From Octopus vulgaris (taxonomy: Eukaryota), in assembly GCA_951406725.2 (NCBI GenBank), contig OX597835.1, positions 24,924,001 through 24,988,000 on the forward strand: a DNA stretch of 64,000 nucleotides, in the 5' to 3' direction. The position numbers and the translations under genes were made by a program. Positions 49,553 to 63,297 of this stretch are shown piece after piece; positions within the stretch are counted from its first letter, which is position 1, and each line of letters begins with the position of its first letter. Below the pieces are notes generated by a model that saw nothing but the letters and a program-made list of their open reading frames with translations, was not told where the DNA came from and did not search any database.

Positions 49553-50135
49553 TGTGTGTGTGTGTGTTTGGGGGAGTCTTTATATATGTGTTCGTCTCTT
49601 GACAACCGGTGTTGGTTTGCTTACAACCCCGTTAACTAGCAGTTAACCCTAAGACACCGAGAGAATGCGGTGTCGATTCGTTCGACTAAAGCCATCTAAG
49701 GCGGTGCTCCAGCATGGCCGCAGTCATGTAAAAGAAAACGTGTGTGTGTGTGTGTTTGGAGGAGTCTTTATATATGTGTTCGTCTCTTGACAACCGGTGT
49801 TGGTTTGCTTACAACCCCGTTAACTAGCAGTTAATCCTAAGACACCGAGAGAATGCGGTGTCGATTCGTTCGACTAAAGCCATCTAAGGCGGTGCTCCAG
49901 CATGGCCGCAGTCATGTAAAAGAAAACGTGTGTGTGTGTGCGTGTTTGGGGGTGTCTTTATATATGTGTTCGTCTCTTGACAACCGGTGTTGGTTTGCTT
50001 ACAACCCCGTTAACTAGCAGTTAACCCTAAGACACCGAGAGAATGCGGTGTCGATTCGTTCGACTAAAGCCATCTAAGGCGGTGCTCCAGCATGGCCGCA
50101 GTCATGTAAAAGAAAACGTGTGTGTGTGTGTGTGT
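49553..50135 (+). repeat. Three tandem copies of a 188-190-bp SINE-A-tail-derived unit
   Basis: ttcgtctcttgacaacc at 49591, 49779, 49969; units joined by (TG)n. Confidence 0.95.
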
Positions 50136-50705
50136 ATTTCAGTGGCGATTCCTACAGTCGGGCTGTTCGGGCTTAGCCCGAGTATAAGTGAACGCTTATT
50201 TGCAAGCTGGTTTAATTTCTGCCAAAACTGACTTCAAGTATGTAATTCCAGCTAATAACTTGGGCTCCTTTTATTGAGCCTGGTCGCAGTTCATTTATTT
50301 TCGTTCAGCGTCTGGTGGTCGTCTTAGAGTTTCCCTGTGTCAAAATATATCATTCATAGAGGACGTTCTCTGGACATCACTCACACACGCCTGACTCTGG
50401 CTCAGAAGTTACAGCCCGAGTTATCTATAATCGTAAAAATTAAAAAGAATTAAAATTCAACGTTTTCTTGAAACAATAAATTTCTATAGCGATTAGGATT
50501 TAAATTCCAATCTATGAAAAGTTTCCGTTCTACAATATTCTTAAAGGAACGAAAATTTATCCAGCAACTCGGGCAAATTCGAACGAGCCTGGTAGGTGTA
50601 AAAGACTAACTGGTATCTCTTGTCAAGAGTACAAGCGACAGTCAGATCGTTGATGTTTGTTGTGCACTCCGCTGTCGTTATTTGATTGCTGGTATTCTGT
50701 ATAAA

Positions 50706-50940
50706 GGCGGCGAGCTGGCAGAAACGTCAGCACGCCGGGCGAAATGCGTAGCCGTATTTTGTCTGCCGTTACGTTCTGAGTTCAAATTCCGCCAAGGTCG
50801 ACTTTGCCTTTCATCCTTTCGGGGTCGATGAATTAAGTACCAGTTACGCACTGGGGTCGATATAATCGACTTAATCTGTTTGTCTGTCCTTGTTTGTCCC
50901 CTCTGTGTTTAGCCCCTTGTGGGTAGTAAAGAAATAGGTA
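50706..50940 (+). mobile_element. SINE family B, full-length
   Basis: tRNA-like head ggcggcgagctggcagaa..gagttcaaattcc, Nin/Deu-like gcctttcatcctttcggggtcgat..aagtaccag. Confidence 0.92.
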
Positions 50941-51209
50941 TTCTGTGCGTCTGTGCGTTAAGATCAGTAGTGTTTTGCAGGGTTGCTTTATTTTTATCCT
51001 TAATGGTAAACCCGAGTAACGAAATCTGTGATGAGCCCGAGTGACGTTGATGACCTGGGGTCGCCTTTGATATATATATATACATGAGAAACTGTAATGA
51101 CAAGCAAACCTACTCATCTACTGAGACTCAAGTTCAAATCTCTTGAGCACTTCGAAATGTATTCTATATAGAGAAAGCCTGTCTCTAACCTATGTGTGTG
51201 TGTGTGTGT

Positions 51210-51556
51210 GTCACCTGTTGACAATCGGTGTTGGTGACTTTATGTACCCCGGCAAAAGAGTTCAATAAAATAAGTCCCTATCTTAAAACGTAAGTACTAG
51301 GATCGATCCGTTCGACTGAGATTCTTCAAGGCAGTGCCCCAGCATGGCCACAGTCCAATGACTGCCAGAAGTAAACGATATATATAATATATATATATAT
51401 AATATATATATATATATATACATATTCTTTTATTTGTTTCATGCATTTGACGGCGGCCATGCTGGAGCACTGCCTTTAGTGGAACAAATCGCCCCCAGGA
51501 CTTATTCTTTGTAAGCCTAGTACTTATTCTATCGTTTCCTTTTGCCGAACCGCTAA
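51210..51556. mobile_element. Tail-to-tail inverted SINE family A 3' halves
   Basis: Plus tail ~51210-51376, TA spacer, minus tail ~51425-51556. Confidence 0.8.
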
Positions 51557-51561
51557 GTATA

Positions 51562-51752
51562 AATTTCTACACTAGGCACAAGGTCCGAAAATTTTTTTTG
51601 GGGGTGGTGGTGGAGGGGCAGTCGATTAGATCGATCCCCAGTAGGCAACTGGTACTTATTTAATCGACCTCGAAAGGATGAAAGGCAAAGCCGACCTCGG
51701 CGGAATTTGAACTCAGAACGAAATGCCGGTAAACCTTTCGCCACCTCGCCAC
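51562..51752 (-). mobile_element. SINE family B
   Basis: aaaggatgaaaggcaaagccgacctcggcggaatttgaactcagaacg. Confidence 0.85.
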
Positions 51753-51772
51753 CTTATATGTATATATGTATA

Positions 51773-52017
51773 TAAACGAGGGTGCAAAATAACACCGGCG
51801 ATTGCTAGAAATTTAACTCGCAAAACCACTAAAGGCACTAACTTTATGATAGTCACGGGATTCGGGCACAGCAAGTTAAACGAGCTTTCCCCTTGTGAGA
51901 TAAACTCACAGAATGAAATAGTTGGACAAAGGCTAAGGTGAGTGCCTTTAGTGGCTTTCCGAATTAAATTTTGACTCTCATTTCTAGCAATCGCCGGTGC
52001 TATTTTGCACTCATTTA
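51773..52017. mobile_element. MITE with long TIRs
   Basis: gtgcaaaataacaccggcgattgctagaaat..ccactaaaggcact versus agtgcctttagtgg..atttctagcaatcgccggtgctattttgcac. Confidence 0.8.
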
Positions 52018-52149
52018 TTAATTCCTTTTTGGCTTTTAATTGCTAACGAGCCACCTATATTATACTGCATTTAATATATCTTAATATATTAACATATCAT
52101 TATAATATCTTACTGCATATATATATCTTTGTTTTTTTTCTTTTTACTT

Positions 52150-52551
52150 TTTTACTTGTTTCAGTTATTTTGACTGCGGCCATGCTGGTGCACCGCCTTT
52201 AATCGAGCAACTCGACCCCGGGACTTATTCTTTGTAAGCCCAATACTTATTCTATCGGTCTCTTTTGCCGAACCGCTAAGTGACGGGGACATAAACACAC
52301 CAGCATCGGTTGTCAAGCAATGCTAGGGGGACAAACACAGACACACAAACATACACGCACATACATATATATACATATACATATATACGACGGACTTCTT
52401 TCAGTTTCCTTCTACCAAATCCACTCACAAGGCCATGGTCGGCCCGAGGCTATAGTAGAAGACACTTGCCCAAGGTGACACGCAGTGGGACTGAACCCGG
52501 AACCATGTGGTTGGTAAACAAGCTACTTACCACACAGCCATTCCTGCGCCT
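52150..52551 (-). mobile_element. SINE family A, full-length
   Basis: Reverse complement of the whole family pattern. Confidence 0.93.
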
Positions 52552-52590
52552 GTAATATATATATATTATATATATTATATATATATATAT

Positions 52591-52623
<33 letters not shown>

Positions 52624-52629
52624 ATATCC

Positions 52630-54405
52630 AACCTTTTCACCTCTCTCTCGATTATTTTCATTTTCTCCTTTATTAACCTTAGTATCGCTTTTCCTTCATC
52701 TTCTTCTTCTTCTTCTTCTCTCATTTAAATATCCCCCCCCATCACCATCGCGGTCACTAGCGTGCCCTCCACCTTTCCCCCTTCTCTTTAGACTTTCCTT
52801 ATCTCAACATCACCCCTTACCTTCCACCACACCTTGACTTTTACCCTCACGGCTATTACTTTCTCCCCTCCCTTCCTCACTTTCCGCTACATCTTTCACC
52901 TTTACTTCTCCCTCCTCTCTCTCTTTCTATATATATATATATATATATATCTGTCTCTCTCTCCCTCATTTCTCCTCTTTCCTTTTAGCATCCCCTTCCT
53001 CCTCGTTACTCTCTCATATTACATGTAATCCTTACAGCTACCGTTCAGACGCTTCCCCTATTTTCTTTCAATCGTTTTTATACACTTTCTCTTCCCCACT
53101 CTCTCTCTCTCTCTTTCGTTCCCTCCCATTCTTATACCTTTTCTTTTACTTTCACTCTCACCATCATCAGCACCACTGTCAACTCTCTTCACACTTAACT
53201 TCTCACACTCTCTCTTTCACTCTCCTCCTTTCTCTCTCACACACTCTCTCATCTCCCTAACCCCCTTCTCCCTTAACTTTCTCCCATTCTTCATTACTCT
53301 CTCTCTTATATTATCTCTCTTTATTTTATCTCTCCCTCGCAATCATTTACTTTCTCTCTCTATATCGTTACCAAGCTTTGCCTCTTACCTCTCCCACCCT
53401 TACACTCTTCAAACTTACTTTTTCATTTCTCTCACCCTCTCTCCTACCTTACTCTTTCTCTCTTACTCTACCTATCATATGTTGCTCTCTTTCATCTCCA
53501 GCTCACTCACTCTTTCTGTCTCTCTCTTCCTTTCTCTCTCTCTCTGCTTTCTACATCTTTCTCTCTTTATCCATCTTCATTCTACTTTCTTTCTCCCCTT
53601 CCCCCATGGCTTTCTTCAACGTCAACACACACACACACGAGTATACAACCCCACCACACACGCGCGCACACACATATACACAACCACACACATTTTGTTT
53701 CTTTCGCTTTCTCCCTCTCTTTCTCACAATCTTTTTTCTACCCTCTCAGTGTATCTTCACCTTCTTCCTCTCTCTCCCCTCCCTTTCTCTTTCACACTCA
53801 TGCACACACACATACACGCAATCACACATAAACACATACAAAATCTCTAACTCTTAAGACGCACACAGAAATACACAGAAACGCATAAACATATACACGC
53901 TATCAGCTACTTTTTAAGCACGCACACACACACTTGGCTCATTCCTTCCTGTTCTTCCTATTTACTCCTTGTTTTCATCGTAAACACACACACACATACA
54001 CACACACACATACACAAACACACACACACATACACACACACACATACACACACACACACACACACATACACATACACACACATACACACACACGTTTCTT
54101 ATTTATTTCTTTACACACGTAAACACACACACACACATACTCACACACTCCCTCATACCCATACACGAGTGTAAGTACACATTTTCATTACACGCGCGCG
54201 TACACACACATGAAACACATATACACACATACAAGATACACAGACACACACACGCCCGCACAACAGATATATATATACATACATACATACATATATATAT
54301 ATACACACATATACACGGACACACCGGATATATATAGATATGTATATACATACACACACATATATACATTTACTCTAACAGAAACACACACACACGTACA
54401 CACAC

Positions 54406-54436
<31 letters not shown>

Positions 54437-54860
54437 TCATACATCTACTGTCTCTGTTTTACCTTCTCCTCACTACAACTACCACCTTTCTCCTCCTTTC
54501 CCTCCCTCCTCGTTCTCCGTCTTGTTTTGTACCTCTTTTTCTCCCCTTTTCTTCCTCCCCTTCTCCTCTTATACTCTGCTATAGCCTCCCTCCCCCACTT
54601 CATCTATTGGTATGCATTACTTACACACACACACACACACACATCATTCTAATACATTAAACACTCACACATAACGCACACACACACACATGTATTTATA
54701 CATATACACATTCTTACCGACACGCACACACACATACACACTCACGCATTTGCCTTCCTTCCTTCCTGCCTTACCTACCAACCAACCAACCAACCAACCA
54801 GCCAGCCAACCAGCCAACCAGCCTACCCTCCGACCTACCGTCCTACCTACCTATCTTGGC
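52630..54860. repeat. Long G-poor (CT/CA-rich) low-complexity tract
   Basis: About 2.2 kb with very few G on the plus strand. Confidence 0.85.
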
Positions 54861-56347
54861 TAGTTTGGTGGGTTGTGCTTTTTCTTTTTTTTTTTCTAGT
54901 GCCCGGTTTTTTTTCTATCAATTCCTCTGTTGGTTCGGCTGTTTCTCTTTTTCTCTTTTTCCTTCATTTTTTTTTTCTTGTTTATTCATTAACACTAGTC
55001 GTGTGTACTTGCAGTCCCGCTTACAGACGGGCTCGGAGGAAACAAACACGTTACAATTCTCTAAACAAACAACACCAACATAACATTAAGAAAGCTCCCC
55101 TGAAAATAGCTTAATTTATATATAAAATAAGCGTTTAATTTAATATACGTTTACACCCACCTCTCACCTTCCCTAGCTTGCTAATTATGTAATTTCAAAT
55201 ATTAAATATATGTGATAATTTCAAATTAAATTTAGCTAACATAGGCAATCATCAGTCATGAACGAGAAGTATCTTAGCAGAAAACAATAGACGTAACGAA
55301 AGCTTGCCTCTTATTTATATCACTCCCAACAAGTATCTTAAGTAATATATAATACATAATTGTTTTTTAATTCAAATTTAATTCGATATAGCATAATAAT
55401 AAACATTGGGAAATCAATGTTAAATTATTAAGTCCAATATTTAAAGAAAAGGAAAATACAAGTAAAAAATCATCAAATCTTAAGTCATTATTTTTCAGTA
55501 CTTCACTTCATAAACAACGAGACACATTCGCTTTCTGGAATACTTTTTACGTATATTTAAATAAGCACGGAAATCGCTTTACCAGGAATACTTGTACAGA
55601 TACTCGCACAGAACAAAAAACGGAAAGGACTTTGTTTTTATAAAGAAAGAATAAGTTTAAGTTTAAAACAAGATAATACCCATCACCCATACAGGAAGAG
55701 AAAGAACGATATATATACACATCTAAAGGAGAATTTTATCATTTTTGAAGTATTATGTATTGGTTTATCTTCTTATCTCGGACTTAAACTGTAACAGTCA
55801 TTCTACTGTTTATCGTATTTGGATATTTGCTTATTCCGACGATTTTCTTTTACGTTCAGGTAAAGTATTGAGTTGCTTTTTTTTTATATATATACTTTAT
55901 GTTACAAAAGAAAAGAAAAATTAACAAAACTTAGTCAATGATATAACTGTAATTATTTCATTAATCGATTAATTATTATTGTGTTTATTATCATCAATGT
56001 TTGCTGTAAGATTTAGTTTCAGATTTTAAAGAAAAAACATTTCGATGCATGATGTGTGTACTTGTAAATTGCAAGCCGCTATGTGTGAATGTGTGTGTGT
56101 GTGTGAATGAGATGTCGGTTGTGTGAAAAAGAGTGCGCGTATGCGTGTGTGTGTGTCAGCGTGCGTGTGCATGTGTGTATTGTAATCTGTTGTGTGTATG
56201 CAACAGGTTTATGATGTGAGTGTGGGACCAGATTTCTTTTTTTTTCGTTTTTCTCTTTAATAATAAAAGCATGACGCTTTGTTTAAATCATATATCGTTA
56301 TTATGACAGACGTATATCTGTGCATGTATATAGCTCTCTACTTACCA

Positions 56348-56398
<51 letters not shown>

Positions 56399-56513
56399 AT
56401 CTATCTATCTATCTACCTATCTATGCATGTATGTATGTATCTATCTAACTATATATATATATGTATGTATATATGCGTAAATCTCTCTCTCTCTTTATCT
56501 ATCTATCTATTTA

Positions 56514-56548
<35 letters not shown>

Positions 56549-57139
56549 ATATAACATATATAATGTATAACACATACACACACACATATATATACCTATT
56601 TATATCTCTCCATTTGTATGTGTGTGTGTGTGTGTATGTGTGTGTGTGTGTGTGTGTGTGTATGCGACCTGTATCACTTTTACTGTTTCTATCATTCTTT
56701 AACATTTCCTAAATATGATGTAATATACGATACACACACACACACACACACACGTGTGCATGTGTACTTTTTTTTATATAATTTCATACTATTTAATTTT
56801 ATTTTGTTTATATTTACATATAAATCTGCGAGCGCGCGTATGGCGTGTGTGTGTGTGTCTGTGTGCCTTACATTGTCGCGTAGGGTTGTTATTGTTCCCT
56901 TCACAAGTAGGGAACGGCATGGAGGACCTCAAATCCAAATTTGTATCTTATGTGTAACCCTGTAACGTTATGGAAATATTTTTTTTAAACTTCCGGCTTA
57001 AATCGAATCCTAAACGCGGTTTCAATTCTTTCTTCCAAATTATTCGTTTTCTTAAAGGGGAAATGCATGAATGTCACAACTTCAGCTGACCTTTGTTCTT
57101 AAACAAAATATGATTTCCTGATGAGCCAACTAGAGTGTC

Positions 57140-57540
57140 CTTACCTGATTGTTCGACTGACTAGTAACAGCAGCCAAATCTCCCTCAAACCATGCACTAC
57201 CCTATTGGGAAAGAAAAGGACGCATGGTATGACTTAGTCCTTATTATTTCTACGAAAACGGGATGGCCACATCCGGAACACTTTTAGTTAGAGGTCCGCT
57301 AAATCAGGGATGATTCGGGGTTAAAGAACAATAAAACCTAATTGAATGGTCAATGGACTCGCTAGAAATCGCAGCCAAATCTCCTGCAAATCACACGCTT
57401 TTGTTGTCTTGGTTAGTGTAATGTAGCCGTGGGGCGCACTGTGTATTTGCGAAAAAAGATATGATGGTCACGATTGGAATGTCATTGCTCATTGTTATGC
57501 TCGATCAAGTTTGATTTGGGGCTACATAACAAAACAAATA
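57140..57540 (+). mobile_element. Two tandem diverged copies of an old retroposon tail
   Basis: ctag(t/a)aa..gcagccaaatctcc...gatgg(c/t)cac...ggggct/gttaa..aacaa occurs twice. Confidence 0.55.
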
Positions 57541-57751
57541 AAAAAAAAAACAATTTATATTGATAAATTTTTTTAAGAAGTCCTTTTTACTCTTAAAAAA
57601 CCTTTACCATTTTCATTTCTTCAAGAAATGAAAGTTTTGCGTTTCACTAATTCTTTAGTTTATGCATTAACTAAAAAAAAGTGCTCCAGCATGGTCGTGA
57701 CCTGTGACAGTAGCACCGCCTTGAATAACAATAACAATTCACGGTCATGAA

Positions 57752-57888
57752 TATTCTTTTCTACTCTAGGCACAAGGCCCGAAATTTTGGGAGAGGGGAG
57801 GGGCAGTCGATTAGATCGACCCCTGTATGCAACTGGTCCTTAATTTATCGACCTCGAAAGGATGAACGGCAAAGTCGACCTCGGCGAA
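57752..57888 (-). mobile_element. SINE family B, 3' part
   Basis: ctctaggcacaaggcccgaaattttgg...ggcaaagtcgacctcggcg. Confidence 0.85.
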
Positions 57889-58063
57889 AAGATATGAATA
57901 TTACAATCTATTATTTCGTTTAACTTTTAAAAGTGATCTCCCAGAGCCAACGAATATCGCGCTTCAACAAATGTTTTGCGAGTTAAAAAAAAACAAAAAA
58001 TTGGATGAATTTGTGGCGGGAGTCCTAAAGAGAGTTACATACCCAAAGAATTCTACAATTTTA

Positions 58064-58285
58064 CGAGGGGTTGCTGAAAAGTTCCTGGCTTTAAGGGTGT
58101 CGCAAATGGCCTGGTTGGATGCCCAGTCTTCTGAGATCCTTTACAGGGCTTAGAAAAACTGAAGGACAGCAGCAATGAGTGTGTGTGTGAATCAGAGAGG
58201 CGAATATGTTGAATAAAATCGTAATTAAACTGATTCTCCTGTATTTCCCTTTGCGCAAAGTCAGGAACTTTTCGTTACCCTCTTG
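58064..58285. mobile_element. mariner-like MITE
   Basis: TA-cgaggggttgctgaaaagttcctggcttt / aaagtcaggaacttttcgttaccctcttg TIRs; related end at ~24865-24940. Confidence 0.75.
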
Positions 58286-58499
58286 CATTTCAAATCCTAC
58301 TTTGTGGGAAAGAGGGAATTGTGGAATAGCTGTCTTTCGAAATCCCATACCGCATAGAAAAGGGGGAAGAAAATAGGTTTTTATTCCTTTAGTTTCTTTC
58401 TTTCTCTTTTTTTCTTCGTCTTTTTGATATTCCTTTGATTTCTTGCAATGGAAATTAAGATTCCGATTTCCTATATATATATATATATATATATATATA

Positions 58500-58654
58500 C
58501 CGGAGTAAACACATAAATGTGAAACAAGGTGGAAAAAAGAGTACGTCGGTTCCATTCTAGCAAAAACTGTCTGATGAACGGCAACGAGAAACTCAGAGTA
58601 ACAGATTTTGTTGAATTTTCTGCTGCTTAAAATAAAGCATATTACTCTACCACT

Positions 58655-58658
<4 letters not shown>
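58500..58658. mobile_element. Penelope-like mini-element with inverted terminal piece, between (TA)n tracts
   Basis: 58500-58545 is the inverted family 3' end (cf. 981-1026), followed by the forward hammerhead-containing part. Confidence 0.75.
58567..58604 (+). ncRNA. Minimal type I hammerhead ribozyme
   Basis: ctgt CTGATGA acg-gcaa-cga GAA act-cag-agt A acag: full core, 4-bp stem I, GNRA-capped stem II with one A-A mismatch, 3-bp stem III; predicted cut after GUA at 58600. Confidence 0.75.
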
Positions 58659-58709
<51 letters not shown>

Positions 58710-59349
58710 TTTTTGCCCCTGATTTTTCTCGTGAGGTCTTTCAGGACCAACTATACCAAAGCCTTGAACTGGTTATACAACACACAAAGTCCTTTGGTTC
58801 TGAGACACCCTAATCATTCAAGAGGGTTGAAGTTGCAAACAATAACACAGAACGTGGCACCAGTGGGGTATCCGGGAGTCACGTCCTGGATGCGGCCCGG
58901 CCACCTTGAATGTGCAGAGTTCAGGGTCAAAACACTTGTATGAAGTTGGGGGCATGATTCTTCTCTGAAGAAGCAGACCTTCTGCTGTTAGGCTCCCTCT
59001 GGAGTCTCTTACTATCACACATGTATGTACAGACATGCATATAGGGGAAAATATGCATAAAATCACAATCTTTCCATGACCATAATTCTCGAAAATAATT
59101 GCTTCTAACAGACAGAAAGGCCTGGAAAGAATCTGTATATGAAGCTAGTGTGGAGGAGGAGAAGTGTTTGGCTAGTGCTTTATTCTATCGACCCTTCAAA
59201 GGATTAAGCAAAGTTGACTTAAGAAGAATTTGAACTCAGAACGTGAGGGACCTTGAAAAATATCGTAAAGCAGTTTGTTCGACGCTCTAATAATAAGCCA
59301 ATACGGCTCATACAGAGGTGGTTGGGATTAAAGAAGTGTATCGTAGATT

Positions 59350-59640
59350 TAAAAAAAAACGCAGTACCGACTCGAGTCTTAAGACTCGTAGGGCTATTTA
59401 CTCGATTTCCATGACGCAGAAAGTGAGCGAGATCACAACATTCTCCCTGGATGGGACGCCAGTCCATCGCCGGTTTAGTCATTTGCAGTTGAGTGGATTG
59501 GGACAACGTGAAATGAGGTGTTTTGCTCAAGAACACAACACAACACAACACACCGTAAATGACCAGTCCGAGAATCGAGACGACGAATTTACGATCGTTA
59601 ATACAACTGCCTAGGTAGGCACTCGTCCGCGCGTCTTCAC
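59350..59640 (-). mobile_element. SINE family C-related, diverged
   Basis: gcagttgagtggattgggacaacgtgaaatgaggtgttttgctcaagaacacaac. Confidence 0.65.
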
Positions 59641-60011
59641 GGATTAAGAATAAAGAAATTGGGTGTAAGAAAAAATTTGATGAAGATGTTTTGATCTTGA
59701 TTTTTTGATTTTCATTTCAAGTAATGTCTGGAAGTCGAAGTTTTTTGTTTGTCTTGTTTTTAAGTCATTAGAACAGAGGTTATTTTAAACAGGCAACTGA
59801 CCCGACAGAAATGGTTTATGTTTGCATGGCATCGGATTAGAAGAGCCTGTATGTGGTAGATTAATTATTAGTATCTGCTGTGAGTAAAGATGTAAAAGAG
59901 TGACTTTGGTATAGTTAGTACTACAGAGTCTTTCTCCCTCTATCTCTCACACACACACGTGTGTGTGTGTGTTTACTCATATATATATTATATATTATAT
60001 TTATATATAAT

Positions 60012-60306
60012 ATGTGTGTGTGTGTGTGCGTGCGTGGCTGTTATATAATTCATTTTTTTTTTTCTGGAACAGTGGATCTCAAAGCAAGAAAATCTCTAGA
60101 AATAATAACGTATAAATGGTGGTTTAAAAAGACCCTTTTGGAATGAAAAAGTCAAAGGTTCTGTGTGTGTGTGTATGTGTGGATGTTATATAATTCATTT
60201 TTTTGTTTGGAATAGTGGATCTCGAAGCAAGAAAAATCTCTAGAAATTATAGCGTATAAATGGTGGTTTAAAAAGACATTTTTAGAATGAAAAAGTCAAA
60301 GCCTCT
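60012..60306 (+). repeat. Diverged tandem duplication (~143-bp unit)
   Basis: tgttatataattcattttt..gtggatctc..gtataaatggtggtttaaaaagac..gaatgaaaaagtcaaag twice, joined by (TG)n. Confidence 0.9.
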
Positions 60307-60308
60307 GA

Positions 60309-60355
<47 letters not shown>

Positions 60356-61064
60356 CGTGTGTGCCTGTGTGTACTCCAGAGCGGCCAGAGAGACTGACTC
60401 GACCAAAATATAAAGAATATTATTAATTTGTATTACGGTATTGAGGATTCTTTCTCTCCCCCACCCTCACATATATACACACACAGGTATCGACAATTTA
60501 GAGGACATATTTTTATGGGTTCTTTATTTCATCGACACCCCACGTCCCCAAGCGGGGATGGAAGAGAAAGCTGGCTTCTTTGCGACTAAATACCACAAGG
60601 CGTTTCATCTGGCATTCTACCCACCGATTCTTCTTCTCCACAAATTTTATTAAAACCTTTGCGATCGGAAATATCGACCAAGACAAGAATGTCTTTGGTT
60701 GGTGAACATGGATGCAGCCAAAACAGCGGTGAAAGGCCTCTTAATTAATTTATATGGATCCACCATTAGCAGAACAAGATTAAGATTCTATATAGGTCCC
60801 TGGGCGTTGCTTCAAAAATAGCTGTTTCTAATTTAGGTGCAAAGCAAAAGATTGTATTGACTCGAGAGAGACAAAAGACAAAGTTGATATCGGTGGGATT
60901 TGAACCCAGAACCGGAAAATATACTTCAGAAGCTTCCTTTCTTCCCTCCCACATTTTTTTCTTTTTTTTTTTTTTACCTGACGCTCATACAATTCTCTCA
61001 GCTCACTGCCAAATAGGTGGATTTAATTTTAGCACGGGACCTACAATTTTCAGGTGCGTGTGTG

Positions 61065-61580
<516 letters not shown>

Positions 61581-61582
61581 AG

Positions 61583-61614
<32 letters not shown>

Positions 61615-61616
61615 TA

Positions 61617-61800
61617 TAGGGTTGACCAAAAGTCACCTGACAGTAAATCAAAGCCATGTAATTCCAAGATTAAAACAAAAAATCATTTTATATGAGACTT
61701 GTCTAATAAATAGACAAATGTTGGAGGGCAAAAAGCGGTGATTTTTAACTCACACCATTCATAATTGGTATGAATAAATAAAATTGAATATTAAGTATTT
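61617..61800 (+). mobile_element. Possible Tc1/mariner left end
   Basis: TA-TAGGGTTGACCAAAAGTCACCTGACAG resembles CAGGGT.. termini; no partner seen. Confidence 0.35.
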
Positions 61801-62038
61801 ATGGGATTGTGATAAACCATAACCTTAGACCCTACCAAAAGATTACCTGGAGTTCTTCACTAATCCAAGTCATCAACAAGACGGAGGTATATGTCACTGG
61901 ATTTATTTCAGAAATTCCTTTGTGTCTGTAGAGTTTTTATAAAAACTATGAGAGACAGAATATGGAATTCACGAAACTCTTTATTATTCACTACGATCGT
62001 TTCGACACATAGCGCACCGATGCAATATATATATATAT

Positions 62039-62232
62039 TTAATCCAAACATGAAAACACAAAGAGAAAACACAACAACGCGAGGATGTGGAACAAGTATA
62101 GTATTATTGGACGCTCAGGAAAGAAGGAGGGTTTAACATTTCGAGCGGAGCTCTTCGTCAGAAACATAGGAAAAGGAAAGATCCAAAGAAGGGAAGACGG
62201 AGGAAAAAAATCGCCAACGGTACACACGCGAC
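62039..62232 (-). mobile_element. Hammerhead-bearing mini-element ending at (TA)n
   Basis: Homologous to 11110-11298. Confidence 0.75.
62131..62165 (-). ncRNA. Minimal type I hammerhead ribozyme
   Basis: gttt CTGACGA a gagc-tcc-gctc GAAA tg TT aaac: intact core, 4-bp stems I and II, vestigial stem III (ACGT palindrome in the 11193 copy). Confidence 0.65.
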
Positions 62233-62574
62233 ATTTGTATATATATATATATATATGAGTGTGTGTGTTTGTGCTCCCAACGCCTGGCTGGTGTTGGTGT
62301 GTTTACGACCCCATAATCTAACGGTTCGGCAAAAAGCCGACAGAATGAGTGCGAGATTTCAAATAAGTCACTAAATGCTTGAAGGCTGTGCACCAGCATT
62401 GCCACACTCCATCGAATGACTCAAGTAAAAGAATGAAATATATTTTGCATGCTGCTGTTCCGTGGTTCATCCAAACCCGGAGAAAAACTGCTTGGACTAT
62501 TATAGAGGCGCACCACTGATTTTGGAAAAGTGGTGAGTAATAATTGGAACTTGTGATGTTTATGCCGTAACGAG

Positions 62575-62920
62575 AAGCAGTAGCAGAGTGAAGCACAATA
62601 ACAGGCATTCTGTCGGTTACGACGACGAAGGTTCCAGTTGATCCGACCAACGGAACAGCCTGCTCATGAAATTAACGTGCAACAGGCAGAGCACTCCACG
62701 GACACGTGTACTCTTAATGTAGTTCTCGGAGGAGATTCAGGATGTGACAAGGCCGGCATTTTGAAATAGGGGTACTATACCTTTTTGCCAGCTCAGTGGA
62801 CTAGAGTAGAGCAACCTGAAAATAAAGTCTGTTGCTCAAGGGCACAATGCATGGCCGGGAATTGAACTCGGAACCTTACGATTGTGAGACGATTAGCATA
62901 ACCACCAAGCCACGCGTGGA
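62575..62920 (-). mobile_element. SINE family C-related, diverged
   Basis: cagctcagtggactagag..gttgctcaagggcacaa..ggaattgaactc..accaccaagccacgcg. Confidence 0.65.
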
Positions 62921-63297
62921 ATAAGGAGGAAAAAGCGGAGGTTCCTTGCAAAGTCATCGGTTTATTTTTGCTGATATTTTTAACGAGATTGTTTTATAGA
63001 AGAGAGGGAAGGATAGTTGGGAGCGTACGTCTATTAGCACTCACACACATCAGCTTTACACTGCCACCACAACCGCCTCCACCACAGCTCGACTATAGTT
63101 TTTAAAAGCTGTGAAATATCAGGTTATTTACTTCCTGGCTTCACTAGCGGGAAATGTTCTAACACTAATTAGTACCCTATGGGACAACACACACACACAC
63201 GCACACATACATACACGTGTGTGTAGTCTGCATATTGGATGAATAGTGTAGGCATTGATTTACTCCATTATCAAACTAGTGGCAATGGTATATAGTA

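Noticed and set aside
49553-50135. Regularly spaced repeats as a possible CRISPR array
   Set aside because: Whole units are repeated with no unique spacers; SINE-derived; eukaryotic context; no cas genes
58725-59020. GC-richer block considered as an exon or HDV-like ribozyme
   Set aside because: No splice pattern, protein motif or nested double-pseudoknot pairing could be established by eye
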